Assembly (NCBI GenBank): GCA_027604505.1
Contig: JADIIX010000078.1
Coordinates: 62,001-105,699 of the forward strand
Length of the DNA: 43,699 bases
Origin: Gonapodya sp. JEL0774
Taxonomy: Eukaryota
Direction of reading: 5' to 3'
A program made the position numbers and the translations under genes. Each line of letters begins with the position of its first letter. Within the stretch, counting starts at the first letter, position 1. Shown piece after piece: positions 12,768 through 25,882 of this stretch. Below the pieces are notes generated by a model that was not told where the DNA came from, ran no database searches, and worked only from the letters and a program-made list of their open reading frames with translations.

Positions 12768-13725
12768 ATGATACGGACTGTCGTGATTGCCGTTCTAGTT
12801 TTCCTCATCTTGATTTCTCTTCGAATTCTCTACGTTTTACGTTCCATCAAGTCCTCCGTGGCCCGGCGGAAGCGTGCAGTGGGTCAAACTTGTCACGTCT
12901 GTGTTGTCTTGGGCTCAGGTGAGTAACCATCGCATCAAGGAACACACCTTATTGAAGCCTGGTATTTGTGAGGTAACATTGTTTTAAATTACCTTTCTCC
13001 CCCTCCCCCCGCTTCGTCACAGGTGGCCATACTGCAGAAATGATGCGACTCGTTCGTTGTCTTCCGTTCCGACGATACAGCCCGCGGACATACGTTGTCG
13101 CTGAAAACGACGCTATTAGCGAAAGTAAAGCGAGGGAGTTTGAACGGGAAGCGGGCTCCGTGGAAGGGGTTGATGTGAGTAGGGTGAGAGGAAACACAAC
13201 TGCCTGACATTGGTCAAAACACTCCACAGTTCACAGTCACCAAAGTCCCTCGAAGCAGAGAAGTGAGACAGTCATATTTGACGTCGGTTATCACTACCTT
13301 GAATTCCCTTCCGGCATCCCTGAGAGTGGTCACTAGAGGTTCCCCTGACCTGGTGGGTTGAACATTCGAGGTCCCACAGTAATGAGTACATTTTGTTGCC
13401 TCCAGATACTCTGTAATGGGCCAGGGACATGCGTTCCGATATGTGCTTGGGCCTTCTTGCTTCGAGTGAGTGTTTCGGCAAAGCTCCGCCAGCCGTAAGG
13501 CGAGGCAGATCGAACAGCCACCTATGCTCACATTAAGAATCACCTACTATGCAGGTGCTTACTGGACACCATGTAGCCATCATGTTTGTTGAGTCCTATG
13601 CTCGAGTGGAATCTCTGTCTCTCTCGGGGAAGATTCTGTATCCCATAGTAGATCGATTCGTGGTTCAATGGATGAAACTGAAGGAGAAATACTCTAAAGC
13701 AGAGTTTAGAGGTCGGTTAGTTTGA
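12768..13725 (+). CDS. ALG14: UDP-GlcNAc transferase subunit Alg14 (5 exons; not shown in the ORF track)
   Basis: Manual splice gives N-terminal TM segment, VVLGS|GGHTAEM, YSPRTYVVAEND, VPRSREVRQSYLTSV, PDL|ILCNGPGTCVPIC, FVESYARVESLSLSGKILY...RFVVQW, ending GRLV* at 13725. Confidence 0.93.
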
Positions 13726-13916
13726 GCACAATAGGATTACACGACAAGTATTTACGACGCTCTTGAGGTTCGCAACGTAATGGACATGTGGATCAAATAA
13801 TCAACTAACAGCAACTCTACGTAATATTGGTATCACTAGTATCCTTAGGTTTTTTGTGGGTGGGTGGAGGGTGCAGATGTGAATCAAATTTGCTTGAGTC
13901 CTGGCTACTTCCCAAA

Positions 13917-16428
13917 ATGTTTTCACGGCGCCTCCACGTCAGCGGTTTGCAGGCAGACATTACGGCCGATGAATTGAGGAATCGCTTCGTGTCATTTGGG
14001 ACAGTGGAGGATGTTTACCTACCCGCGGATCGAACCAATGCTGGTGAGTCTTGGAACGCCATACATAAATCTTGGGCAAACAACAGTCGAGGATCTGACA
14101 TGTTGCTCCACTAAATTGCTGGCTGGATAACAGGGATGTGTCGAGGATTCGGTTTCATCTCTCTCATTGCCACCGATGCTTCCTTTCGCAGATGCAAGTC
14201 TTCGTCTTGTACGGTCATCCTTTGGCCATCGCTAAAATTCCAATCTCGCTTGCGGCAGGTCTGACTACATATAACAACTCGACATGGCGAGGGTCGGTTT
14301 TGAAAATTGAGCCTGCAAAACCGTCGCGAATGGAGCAGCTCACGCGCGAACACTTGGACCTTCCCCAAAACATCGCCAACACTCCCTCTCCCACCCCTCC
14401 TCATACACATGACAGTAGAGGTTTCATCGGGGGAGTACCGAAACTGGCGACATCGGCAAAGGCGGGAAAGAGGAAAAGAAACGCTGTCTTTGTCGAGGAA
14501 GACCCCCGCGTTGACAAGCCCCTCACAGACGATGATATTGACAAACGACCGAACTGGAAACGTTTCCGCAACGGGAAGCCCGTGACTGTTTTGATGCTGC
14601 GGATGCCTGGGTCGAAGAGAGCGCACAAGTTCGACCCAACGACGCTCGGGATCGTCCACAAGTTCTTTCCGGGTGGTGGAATTGGACCCGAGAAACCGAT
14701 TGGCTCTCTATGTTGGCCGCTTTCCCTGGAAGATTCGGAGACGACTGCGGAGGCGAAGGTGGAAAAAAAGGGAACTCGCCCGTCCATACCTGTGCAGGAA
14801 GATGGGAATCCCGGAGTACGTCTGGCTGCGTCATCTTCACTGCCAACATTCTCCACAAATGAGGGCAACAAGAGCGTGCGATCTCTCAAACAATCAAACG
14901 CAGATTCCACGAAAACAAAGCCACCCACTGAGGACCCAATCAGAGGTGAAAGTACTGAGCTTTCCCTCCAATTGGCAGAGGAGCGTCAGCACACACTGTC
15001 ACTCCTTCGTAGTATGTTCGGTACTGACGGCGAAGTCGATTCCGTGGAACCAACAACCAACGACCCCTTCCCAACTGATGGGTTGGGAGACACCAATTCT
15101 GAGACGAGCAATAGCTCCGCACGGTTGAAAAGTAGACTGAGAGCTTTTAGCGAAGATCTTTCGGAGATATCGGACGGAAATTATTCTAACTCAAACGAGG
15201 ACTTTGAAGACTCGGTGGTTAAGGCTGACCACTTTGATTTGAACCAGCCCGACGTGACATTCAGGAGTGCTGGGTGGAAAACTGCACACAATACCCAATT
15301 GATGGAAATAGAGGAAAGTAGTGATAGCGGGGAGGTTCTGGACAGAGAGCAGAGTATTGAAGACCATGAGACCAGTGCCAGTTGCGATTCCGCGAGACAA
15401 GAGAAGATCTACCATGGAGAGTTTCGTCTACATGAGGTGACAAGTGAATATGGAATGCAGGATGAAGATCACGGGGTTGCTTTCACTGAGAGTGAAGACA
15501 AGGTCGTTACAAATCGTGCAAAAAGTGAACTGCACCAAGAACATCGAATGCGTGCCGTCGCTGAGTTGACTGGGAGTATTACAGAAGAGGAAACCCGCGA
15601 CGAAGACTCTATCGTGTGCACCGGACGTGAGAATCATCATGCACAAACCGAAATGACGGAAGTCTGCAAGGAAGGAACCCTTGTGTTTGAAGGTGAATCT
15701 CGTGCCGCTGATATGATGATATTATCAACATACCAGCATCCGCTCCTAAACTATCCCACAGAAACGCGCCAGCCGGCAGCTGTTGGAGATGGCTACATGG
15801 TGAATACCGATTTGCGGGCTCTCGTGTTGAGTGCAGGCGGTTCCCCGAAGGGCCAGAGTAGTGCTTTGTTTGGATCTTTGTTTGGTGGCCAAACTGACTC
15901 AGTAGACGAAAATATCGAACTGAACGATTTGGAGGATTCCAACAATTACGGATCACTCCCTTCGAGGATATCGAAGGAGGAAGTGAGTTTCCGGGTCGGT
16001 CGCGATGAATGTTCACTCGTGAGACTGTCTGTGCTTAAAATTATCGTGCCACAGGAGGAGGAGCTCGACCGCGACGTGATTGCAAAACTCAAGGAAGACA
16101 AATTGTTCTTCATTCACAAGGACCGGCCGGATTTACTTCCACGGTATATTGCATGATATGTTATCCGCTCAAATTAATATTGACCTTTCGATGATCCAGG
16201 TCTTTGTATGGGGACGAACTGGAGCTGTTCATTCGGAAAGATTCAGAGTAGGTTGCACTTTCGTAACGATTCAGTTGTTGGTCCTTACACCCTCCGTGCA
16301 GGGAGCAGATCATTGCAAATTGGAAAGCCAATCGACAGCAGCTTACGGAAGAGTATAAACGTAAGCACAAATCGGTAAAACGAACACTAGAGAGAAACAA
16401 GACGAAGAGGAAGGTGTTCAAGCGTTAA
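13917..16428 (+). CDS. NOP8: Nucleolar protein 8 (NOL8/Nop8)-like, N-terminal RRM
   Basis: RRLHVSGLQADITADELRNRFVSFGTV, CRGFGFI, CLTTYNNSTWRGSVLKIEPAKPSRMEQL; long acidic middle; C-terminal W...R..L.EEYKRKHKS motif. Confidence 0.8.
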
Positions 16429-16479
16429 GTGTTCGTTTGTAAACTTCGTCTTTCTGTTATTACTAGGCAAAAGATACCT

Positions 16480-17295
16480 CTAAAGAGTAGTAATTATTTG
16501 TTCCTTTTCTGTCATGGTTTCTAATATCTGATCAATCTTCTTCCGCTCCTCCTTTTTTGCTGTGAACATCCCAGCCGCCAAATCTGGGTACGGCGCATGC
16601 GCAAGACAGTGATCCAAAGCGTTACCGAAATTTTCATCCATGGGAACTCGGGGTCCAACCCATGCCGCGTTCTCAATGTGCTGATTGGAATGAAATTTGA
16701 ACAATTCGTGATTCAAGAAGAAGGAATCATGACCGAGACAATAACTCACATCCCGCCTTAAATGTTCGAGATCGGCGTAGTCGTGAGAGTATGTGACGGG
16801 ATGAAAGAATAATGAGAATGTGCGATGCCGGTTCAACGTGAGCCATGCTGTCAGCTCGCCCCAGATAGCCGGATTGTTGGGGACATTGATCTTGGGGTAG
16901 TAAACGAACATCAGCTTCCTTGTTCAAAGTATTCCCCGTTCATCACAATTACATGCACGCTCACTTGAAACATGGGAACGAGAAACGGTCCGAAGGGTGG
17001 TGAGAGAGGGCTGATCCACAAATGTGGATACCGTTCTACTGCTCGACGACGAAGGGACGCCGCCGCCTCGACTGAAGCGTGAAAAGAGTATTTGGTTTCG
17101 AAACTCAGCTGAATTGTTCAGTGAAAAACTTACCACTCTCTGCGATGTGCGGATAGAACAAAATATGCTGACGGCACAAACGGAACGAAGTGTATATTTG
17201 GATGTGCGGCGAGAAGAATGTTGGGAACAACGTACTGCGTGGAAAAGCTCGATGGGATCGGGAAATTTCTCAGGATTTTCGCTTTGCGCTGTCAT
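16480..17295 (-). CDS. DOPA 4,5-dioxygenase family protein (fungal DodA type)
   Basis: Spliced motifs FHAHILFY, GPFLVPMFQ, WLTLNR...SLFFHPVT and RDHIENAAWVG follow the family pattern HxHxY...GPH..PMF...WL..NR..LSxxxHP...DH...AxWxG. Confidence 0.75.
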
Positions 17296-17502
17296 CTTGG
17301 AAACAGGTCCTGATTCTCTTCAGCTTCCTGTCGATCGCGGTTTAAATTCCCATGCTACGCGGGGAAATACGTCCGGCATGATTCTTGCCGAGATAAAGGA
17401 CACAGGGACAGACCATCTTCCTCACGTCCAAAAAAATTAGCAACACCTGAAACCTCCCCGTTTTACAACTCAGTGCACAATTGTATTGTTTATGACAAGC
17501 AG

Positions 17503-18569
17503 TCACCCCCTTGAAATTCGGTTCAATTCTTGCACGAAAGGGGCGGCAGCACGAAACGTTTCCACTATCTCTGAAGCAAAGGCGGGGGAAACCACTTCCT
17601 CGTCAGTAAACTTTCGGCCAATGGTAAAGCTTTTAAACTTTAAGAGTTCAATATCTGGATGGTCCTTTGCGATGCCCTGTTTCAGAGGTCAATGGACGAC
17701 ACCTTATCGTACTCTCCAGGACTTCATGCTTCACCTTCGGGGCGGTTTTCAGTTTCCCTCCTTCATCAGCTGTCCAGAAACTGTCACCAAAAACCTTGTG
17801 AAAATTCTCATCATCAAGAATCCTTTTGAAGGACGTCGAGTCGCGGGCTAGTTCTTGCCGTATCGATGCAAGAGTAGAGGACTCTGGTTGCCATCTGCCT
17901 GCTCCCACAAAAGAACTATTATGACCTAGGTGAAAATAATACTTGGCTGATAGGGGGTAGGTGGTGGGCATCAACAACATTGTTGCCATGTACACCAGCG
18001 AACAATACTCAACCAGATTCCCCCTTCCTCCCAGTGTCTCCAAAGCCGGCAGCGAAGTGAGTTTTATACGGGAGGCCACCGAAGCGAACATCGCGGTAGA
18101 TTCGAAACACCATCTTTGCACCATCCTCGTCTTTCAATGTTGGGTCGAACTCTCTGGTCTTTTGGTAGACGAATCTGGCAAGTCTGTCCATTTCTGCCTT
18201 TGCCTTGTCGTATCGATCCTTGTTCTCCCGAAACCAATCACGATCTAATTTGCATTAGAGAAATCCAATAATATTGAACATTGAAATGCAAAACGGCGAT
18301 TAGATGAGCTCACCATTGTGATCGGAGAGATCACGAAGAAAATCCAGTGTGTTTTCAGACACGAGTACTTCTTCCCCGACCTTTGCTTTTTTGGAAGGTT
18401 TCCCTCCCGTTTTCCCACCCTGTCGCTTCCGTTTTGAACCAGCATCATCTTCACTCTCACTTCCCGCCTCCTGATCTTCAATGTCTTCCTCATCTTCCTC
18501 TTCCATCGACCGTTCTTTTTTTCCCGAAAGTTTTGCAGACTTCATTTTCTTTTCTTTCGTCGATGGCAT
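17503..18569 (-). CDS. DUF2461 (TIGR02453) family protein with charged N-terminal extension
   Basis: TLDFLRDLSDHN..WF, VFRIYRDVRF...PYKTHF, YYFHL, GRWQP, LKTAPK, HPDIELLKFKSF. Confidence 0.85.
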
Positions 18570-19041
18570 TTTGAATTAAACGGTAAAAGATGGGTTAGAG
18601 GGACTTTGTGGTGTAAATCAATGAGGTACAGTGGAACTCTCAATACTAATGTACATGTTCCCATTTCAAGTAAAAGCGCAAGACAAGATAGAAATCTGGA
18701 TAGAAACTCAGGCTTTAGTGTGCCGGCTAAAGGATTGACCGCCAGAGTTGAACGAACGGTCCCATATTATTCTAGATTGACCGAAAAGCCTTTCTTCAGC
18801 GAAAATAGAAGAAGGAAGAGTTGTAAAATGGGAATTCTCTGATGATGACGAAGTGATTGTGAGAATGAGATTTGCCAACCCTCACAGTGGACACCATAGC
18901 CCGAATAACCCGGACCTAGGAGCTGGGGAGACTCATTTGTGTGCTTCCCTCGTTGGCAGCTCTACCCTTGCTCTCGCCTCTCTGGTCAATCTCGCCTGCT
19001 GCGGGATCCCGCTTTCATTCCATTCCGTTGGTGCAGTTACA

Positions 19042-22000
19042 ATGGCAAGATTCCAGCTGCTGAATCTCACGACGGACTCTCAACTATCATGGCTGAAAGT
19101 AGTCATCCTCGTAAGCTAGCGTCTTTTAAGTTTTTTCATGCGGGTCCAATGTCGCAAACCCCAATGTGTTTCAATGTGTTCAACCTACCCATTTGTTCCT
19201 CGCCTTATGACAACGCTTTGCTTTCACACAACCTTAGTCTGGGATCGGTATCTTAGCGTTCATATCTCGACTCTTTTCCGGTGAGCTTGTTAGCGATCGG
19301 GTGCCAATCGACATGGAGCTCTGTGACCCATGTCCAATCTCTTCTCCGCATAACGTGATCTGTTCGCACAATATCCTCACCAGTCATTCGTTTTGAGTCC
19401 ATCATCCATGAATTTGACCCATGGTTCAACTATCGTGCAGTGAGTCTCACTTTCCCGTTTGATTTGTGCCCAGTCGAGCGGTTTCTGGGTCAGACGCACT
19501 TTGCAATTGTCCAGCGTGGTGAACACTGATTTCCGCTGCTCGTATCACAGACTCAAAAGCTCACTGACGATGGGTATTACGACTTCTGGAACTGGTTCGA
19601 CTCTATGTCATGGTGAGCTTGCGAGTAACGTTGTGGACACTGGGGAGGGACAGCGGATTTTGGATCCCTGTTACTCAAGTACCTGACAGGATATATCCTC
19701 AAAGGTCAGCTGCCATGTGACTACTCATCTTCATTATCCTCCTCATCACAAGGTACCCACTCGGCCGCGTTGTCGGCGGTACTGTATATCCGGGTATCAT
19801 GGTCACTGCTGGCACCATTCACCGGATACTCAACGCTCTCAACTTCCCTGTTCACATCCGTGAAGTTTGTGTTTTCCTTGCACCCGCTTTCTCCGCGCTT
19901 ACAGCTGTCGCAGCGTATTTGTTGGCCGGAGAAATGAAGGTGAGAATTGATTCAAAAAGTCATTTCACGTGGATTGTCCAGTGGATAGCGCAGAATAGGA
20001 GCAAATTAGTATTCATATGTGGTGTGCAATGAGAGCGCTTTCCTGCTGACCCCGTAACTGAATCCTGGTCTCGGCCCCAGGACTCCTCTGCCGGTCTTCT
20101 GGCAGCCGCTTTCATTGGAATTGCTCCAGGCTATATCTCTCGCTCAGTCGCCGGATCCTATGACAACGAAGCCATCGCTATATTCCTACTCGTGTTTGTC
20201 TTCTATCTCTGGATCAAAGCTCTCAAACTGGGCTCTGCTCTATGGGGCACTCTCTGCGGCCTCTTTTACTTCTATATGGTTTCCGCATGGGGTGGATACG
20301 CTTTCATCACGAATTTGATTCCCCTGCATGTGCTGGCACTCATGGCTATGGGAAGGTTCTCGAGTAAGACTTACGTGGCATACACGAGTTGGTATGCCCT
20401 GGGGACGCTTGCAAGCATGCAGATTCCGTTTGTAGGATTTCAACCGGTTCGAACAAGCGAGCATATGGCGGCGCTTGGTGGGTAACTGGAGTGTTTCTAT
20501 CCCTGTTGAGTCTTTCCTCCATTCGTCAAACATATCATTTCATCCAATATATTTATCTCTTCGCAGGAATCTTCGGCCTTTGCCAGATTATGGCGTTCAC
20601 ATCTTTCCTTCGGTCCTTCCTGTCCGCTCGCACATTTCAAGTCCTCTTACAAGCTGCTGGTGTCATCGCATTCGTGGGCGGTTTGGCCGCTCTGATTGTT
20701 CTGACCACGTCAGGGGTCATTGCACCCTGGACTGGGCGGTTCTACTCCCTCTGGGACACTGGCTACGCTAAGAAGTACATTCCCATTATTGCCTCAGTTT
20801 CTGAACATCAGCCCACCGCATGGCCATCATTCATTTTCGATCTCGGATTCCTGATCCCAATTTTCCCGGCCGGCATTTTCCTCTGCTTTGAAGAGCTCCG
20901 TGATGAACATGTATTTGTCATCTTGTACGCTGTCACCGCGTCGTACTTCGCAGGTGTTATGGTGCGGCTCATGCTCACTCTCACGCCGATTGTATGTGTG
21001 GCATCTGCAATGGCTGTATCAAAGCTCCTTGATGTTTACCTCAAGAACAGCAGCGAAGATGCCGCGAGGGTTACCCAGGCTTCCAACGGGGAAGCTGCCG
21101 CACCTTCAGCAGATGCGGTTGGAAAGAAAGGCAAGGGAGCAGAAGCGTTGGAAAAGTCCACCACACAGCAGCCCCAATCTCCAGCCAATACGATGTTCGA
21201 GGAGGACCTCATGGGGTCGGTCGCATCAACGCTGGGCATCCCCAAGACTTACCTCACCAATGTTGTCAATATCAGGTGGCTAGTTGTTGCCTGCATCACT
21301 TGGATTTTGGTTATGTTTGCATGGCACTGCACATGGGTAACTTCGAATGCCTACTCGTCGCCCTCCGTCGTTTTGGCCTCTCGCGGTCCGGACGGTTCAC
21401 AGAATCTCATTGACGATTTCCGAGAGGCATACTACTGGCTCTGGCAGAATACTCCAGAGGACGCTAAAGTTATGAGTTGGTGGGACTATGGATATCAAAT
21501 TGCAGGAATGGCGAACCGCACCACCCTTGTGGACAACAATACGTGGAACAACACACACATTGCAACAGTCGGCAAAGCGATGTCCTCACCCGAGGACAAA
21601 TCTTATGATGTCATGGTGAAGCACGATGTGGATTATGTGCTCATCATATTTGGCGGGCTCATTGGGTACTCCGGAGACGACATCAACAAGTTCTTATGGA
21701 TGATTAGAATTGCAGAGGGTATTTGGCCCAATGAAATTTCTGAACGGAGTTTCTTCACCGAAAAGGGGGAATACCGCGTGGACGATGAGGCACCACAAGC
21801 CATGAAGAACTCGCTCATGTACAAAATGAGCTATTATAGATTCCAGGAGCTCTACGGTGGACAGCAGGCATATGATCGCGTTCGTGGTACGCCAATCCAG
21901 TCCGCAAAGGTGAAACTTACCGTGGTGGAGGAAGCTTTTACTTCAGAGAACTTTATCGTCCGGATATACAAAGTTAAAAAACCAGACGAATTGGGAAGGA

Positions 22001-22110
22001 GTTTAGCATCTGCGCAAACTTTCGACGAGGGGAAGAGAAGGAGAAAGACGACAACCGCGGCAGGTGGCAAGAAGTCCAGAAAGAGCAGAGCCGGGTCGAA
22101 AAAGCAGTAA
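19042..22110 (+). CDS. STT3: Oligosaccharyltransferase catalytic subunit Stt3
   Basis: [66 protein letters not shown]. Confidence 0.97.
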
Positions 22111-22232
22111 TCCTCAGCATTCTAGAAAGTCACTATAAACTAGCATCACGGTTTTAAGAGATGTTGCGATTGGTTTGGATTGCGATCAAAAAAACAGTGG
22201 TCTAGAAAACAATACTCTTATTGATTCTACAT

Positions 22233-24814
22233 TCAGTTCAACTCAACATAATTGCAAGGGAATAAACCCGTTTGTCCGGTTTGGCTATTCTTTCCACTCC
22301 ACCAATCATCACTGACCTTGTCAATGTGTGTGATTTTCGCCCCCTCCGTGAAGGTGAGTTCATTGTCCTCCGCAGCTTCATAGTCATACTGACAAAAGGA
22401 GCAACTGCCCGTAAGTAACTATCATTGAACCAAAGTTTGAAAATTGAGTGACATACCAATGCTGTCGCGGTGAGCCCTTCGGCGGCTGCAGATGAAGCCG
22501 GAGACGGCGGCGGTCTGATAGGTGCGGCAGCTGGTGCAGGTTCGGGCTCAGGCTCAGGTTCGCGTGGAGGGGGAGCAATGCGAGATTCAAAAGCCGGGGC
22601 AGGTGAAGCCTGTGAAGTCAACTACTTGAGAAGGGCACAAAATATAAGGAGCAGGACATCGCTGCACTTGCCTCCTCAGTGAGCTCAACATAGTTCGAAG
22701 GGAACAATCCAGCCTGGCCCGTTTTGCTATTTATGCCACTCCACCAGTCCTCGCTAACCTTTTCAATGCTCACGATCTTGTCGCCTTCTGCGAAGGTCAA
22801 CTCGTTGTCCTCAGCGGCAGTGTACTCATACAACGCATTCGCAGTGAGTCCTGCAGCTGCAGTTGGAGCGTGCTTGGGCGTTGACAGCGCGGCAGCTGCG
22901 GCTTCTGACACACGGAATGTTTGTAGTTTAGCAACATAAGCGCATCTTTGCACCTGGTGTGTTTCTATCCGTACCCGTTTCAACAGCGCGCCGTCGTTCA
23001 TCTTCAACACGACGACGCTCTTCTGCCTCCTTCTGAAGTAAAATCTCAGCCGCACGTGCCCGTTCGGCTTCCTCCTCTTGCTTACGCCTGCAAAAGGCCT
23101 CTTGTCAATGTCGTACACTCCGGGAACGTTTGAAGAAACACAAAAATAGTCACCGGTTCTCGCGCGTAAGTCTCTCTTCTTCTCGCTTCCGGTTCTCCGT
23201 GGCCTCCTTTTCAGCTTGCTCACGCGCTCTCACCTCTCGAGCGTCTCTGCTCCGACGTTCCGCCTCCGCCTCGTCCCTCCTCTTCGCATCGTCCTGCTCT
23301 TCCCTCTTTGCTTTGCTCCTGAGCTCCTCTAGCTCTTTCCGGCGCAAGGCGGCGGCGTCCAATGGCTTCTCCTCACGATCTGGATTGTCCTGACTTGCGG
23401 CGGCGGCTTTTCGCGCAGCTGCGATTTCTTGCTCGGCACGATTGCGCGAGAGGTACTGCGGTTTTTCGTCACGCTGTACATCATCCGCCTGGGCTGCTCT
23501 GCGGGCAGCTGCGATTTCTTCCTCGGCTCGGTTCCGTGAAAGGTACTTTGGTTTATCGTCACGTTCCACATCTTCGGGCTTCGCAGCTTTGCGAGCCGCC
23601 GCAATTTCTTCTTCCGCGCGATTCCTGGAGCCTTGAGGCTTGCTACTGCTGTCGCTTTGATCGCCACCAGACCGCTTCCAATGTTCAGCTTCACGCTCTC
23701 GCTGCTTCCTGTCTTCTTCCTCGCGGCGGGCTCTCTCTTCCTGAATTTTGCGATCCCCGTCAGATTGCTGGCCAAATATGTTGGAAGAGAGCTTCTTCGG
23801 TGGAGGGAGCTGAGGGCGTTGGAAGTTGGTGCCCTGGTGATGTTGTGGGCAGAGGTGATTGTCAGCAAATATGCCGATTACAGTAGGTCACCAAAAGTCA
23901 CCGAGAATACGTACCACAGGAGCCACAGGAGGCTCTGGCTCTGTTCGCTTTGGAATCACGGGAACGACTTTTTGGTAAACAGACCCCTGGCAAATTTGCA
24001 ATTCATTAAGTCCTTTGCCTTTGCCGTTGCCATTGAGAAACAACTCACGACTGGCTTCGGCGCTTCCATTTTTTGTGGTGGCTCGTTGTGAATCGAATAT
24101 TTCGCTCCACTCGCGTCATGTACCTTCTTCATGATGGCTTTCGGCTCGACATCATCCGTGTTACGGGCGTTAATCTGGACGTGGAATCCTAGAACATGGT
24201 CAAAGTCGTGAAAAATTTTAGTTTGAATCTCGCCAGCGAGAATCCTGATCTGGAACCAACCTTTAAAGAACCTTTTGCAATCATTCACTTGAGAGGGAAA
24301 CAGTCCCTTCTTACCTACGGGGACTCCATCACCACACCAAGCGACAAAAACGACTTTTGGAAGACTCGAATCGTCGTCCTTCACCCGGCAAATGGCGAAT
24401 TGAATCTTTCCGTCAGCTGGTTTCCATTGGAATCCATACATCTGTCAATAGAAAGGGACAGCATTGCGAGCGACGGGAAACTTAAAACATACAGAATTCG
24501 TCGGCCAATTCTTCCAGCCCGCCATCTGCAGCGCATCGAAACAAATTGTTAAGGTGGGACAATAGTCAAGAACAGTGGGCAAGACGTACCACCACTGGCC
24601 TGAACCTTCAGCTCATTTCTGTCACCCACGAGAGTAAAGCATGCCCAGTTCGTTGCGTCTTTCTCATTGAAAACCTGTTCATCCGGGTGAGGGAAGTATG
24701 TATAGTTACGCGGTGCACTAATCCGACTCCTTCTGAGAGATACCGGTGTTTCCATCGAACCTTTTTGTAGACATCGTCAAGCTCGCGGGCGTACGTGTTG
24801 AGATTGACGGACAT
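22233..24814 (-). CDS. ABP1: Actin-binding protein Abp1/drebrin-like (ADF-H plus two SH3)
   Basis: ADF-H (DATNWACF...LPKVVFVAWCGDGVP...FHVQINAR...ASGAKYS), charged coiled coil, two C-terminal SH3 (ALYEYTAAEDNELTF...WWSG...GLFPSNYVEL). Confidence 0.9.
23397..23630 (-). repeat. Coding tandem repeat, 90-nt (30-aa) period, about 2.6 copies, inside ABP1
   Basis: SRNRAEEEIAAARKAAKPEDVERDDKPKYL / SRNRAEEEIAAARRAAQADDVQRDEKPQYL / SRNRAEQEIAAARKAAA; gc(a/g)atttctt recurs at 23421, 23511, 23601. Confidence 0.9.
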
Positions 24815-25014
24815 GTTGCGCAGTTTTGCCGGGGTAACTGGTGAGACTTGAGGCTGGCTTTTGAGACTTACTGAGGCTCGCTCACAGGTCGCACAAATGG
24901 GTTTACCCGATCATTTTCGTATTTGTCCCCACCCATTATGTCTCCTCGAAGAAGGTACTCATCTCACCATCTCCCTCGCTAAGAAACATTGTTGACGTCG
25001 CCCATTAAATTTCA

Positions 25015-25792
25015 TCACTCCTCTTTTGGTTTGCAGCCACAGTCTTCACCCCAAACTTCCTCCACCCGGGCGCAATCGAAGAGAGGTTTGTTCAGGTGTT
25101 CATTGACCCGGTTATGTACTGAATACGATCATCAAATGAAGTGATGTAGGTGATTAACGAAAGGCGATCACTATCTGAGAGACGAACCAACCATCACACG
25201 CCCACCGTTGGGCTGATTCTCGGGAGTCGACTTCGGGGGGCAAAGCGTTCAATATCTTCATAAAATGCTGTGCGCACTCCCCACATGGATAAAGCTGACC
25301 GGAAAGATAAATCCATGATCGAAAAACCTCCTGTAAAAGAGGCAGGAGATGAATGATGGTACTTATCCATACCATTTCATCGTCCAAATGCAAACCTGTT
25401 CAGAGACTGAGGGTTCCATCGGATACTGCGAAGCCATCGTATGCTATGTTATGAGAATATGAAAGTTCGAGCTCGACAATAATAAATTGAATGCGTGCAT
25501 GTTTCCATACTCACAAACAGTCGCCAAAACGCTCTTCCCAAATCGGCTCTTCATTGTTCGACGGATTGTACGTAACAGGTCTCTTCTGGCACAATTGGCC
25601 TCTTCACATGACGCACCTCGCCGTCTGGTTATCCATCTTTCCCATGATAGTAGCTGCTCTCCTTTCGCCCAATTCCAGTTCCGGATTTAGATCGGCCCAT
25701 GAAGAACGGGAATAAAACAATGTTGGTCCTATAGCGGCGAGAATGAAGAAAGCGACTAGAGAAAGTGATTGCCATCTCGAGAGTTTGATCAT
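25015..25792 (-). CDS. ERV2: ER FAD-linked sulfhydryl oxidase Erv2
   Basis: N-terminal signal/TM segment, IMGKMDNQTARADLGRAFWRLFHTM, LYPCGECAQHF (CxxC), HNRVNEHLNKPLFDC, C-terminal DCGC tail. Confidence 0.9.
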
Positions 25793-25882
25793 CCCGATCA
25801 CAATACCCGACACATTCAGCAACAAAATGGTGAATAGTCCGCCGTCACAAGCATCAGCAAAAATGTGCAATCTCATGTGTGT

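Noticed and set aside
13839..13846. gtatcctt, a U12-type donor-like sequence
   Set aside because: Lies between ALG14 and NOL8, outside any reconstructed intron, with no matching U12 branch site
18842..18848. Perfect C-box-like atgatga motifs in intergenic DNA (also gtgatga at 28582 and atgatga at 34945)
   Set aside because: No suitably placed D box with terminal stem or recognisable guide sequence
25012..25017. Tandem TGA TGA after the Erv2 CGC tail as possible selenocysteine recoding
   Set aside because: All redox cysteines are normal Cys codons, the protein ends where expected, and no SECIS was recognisable
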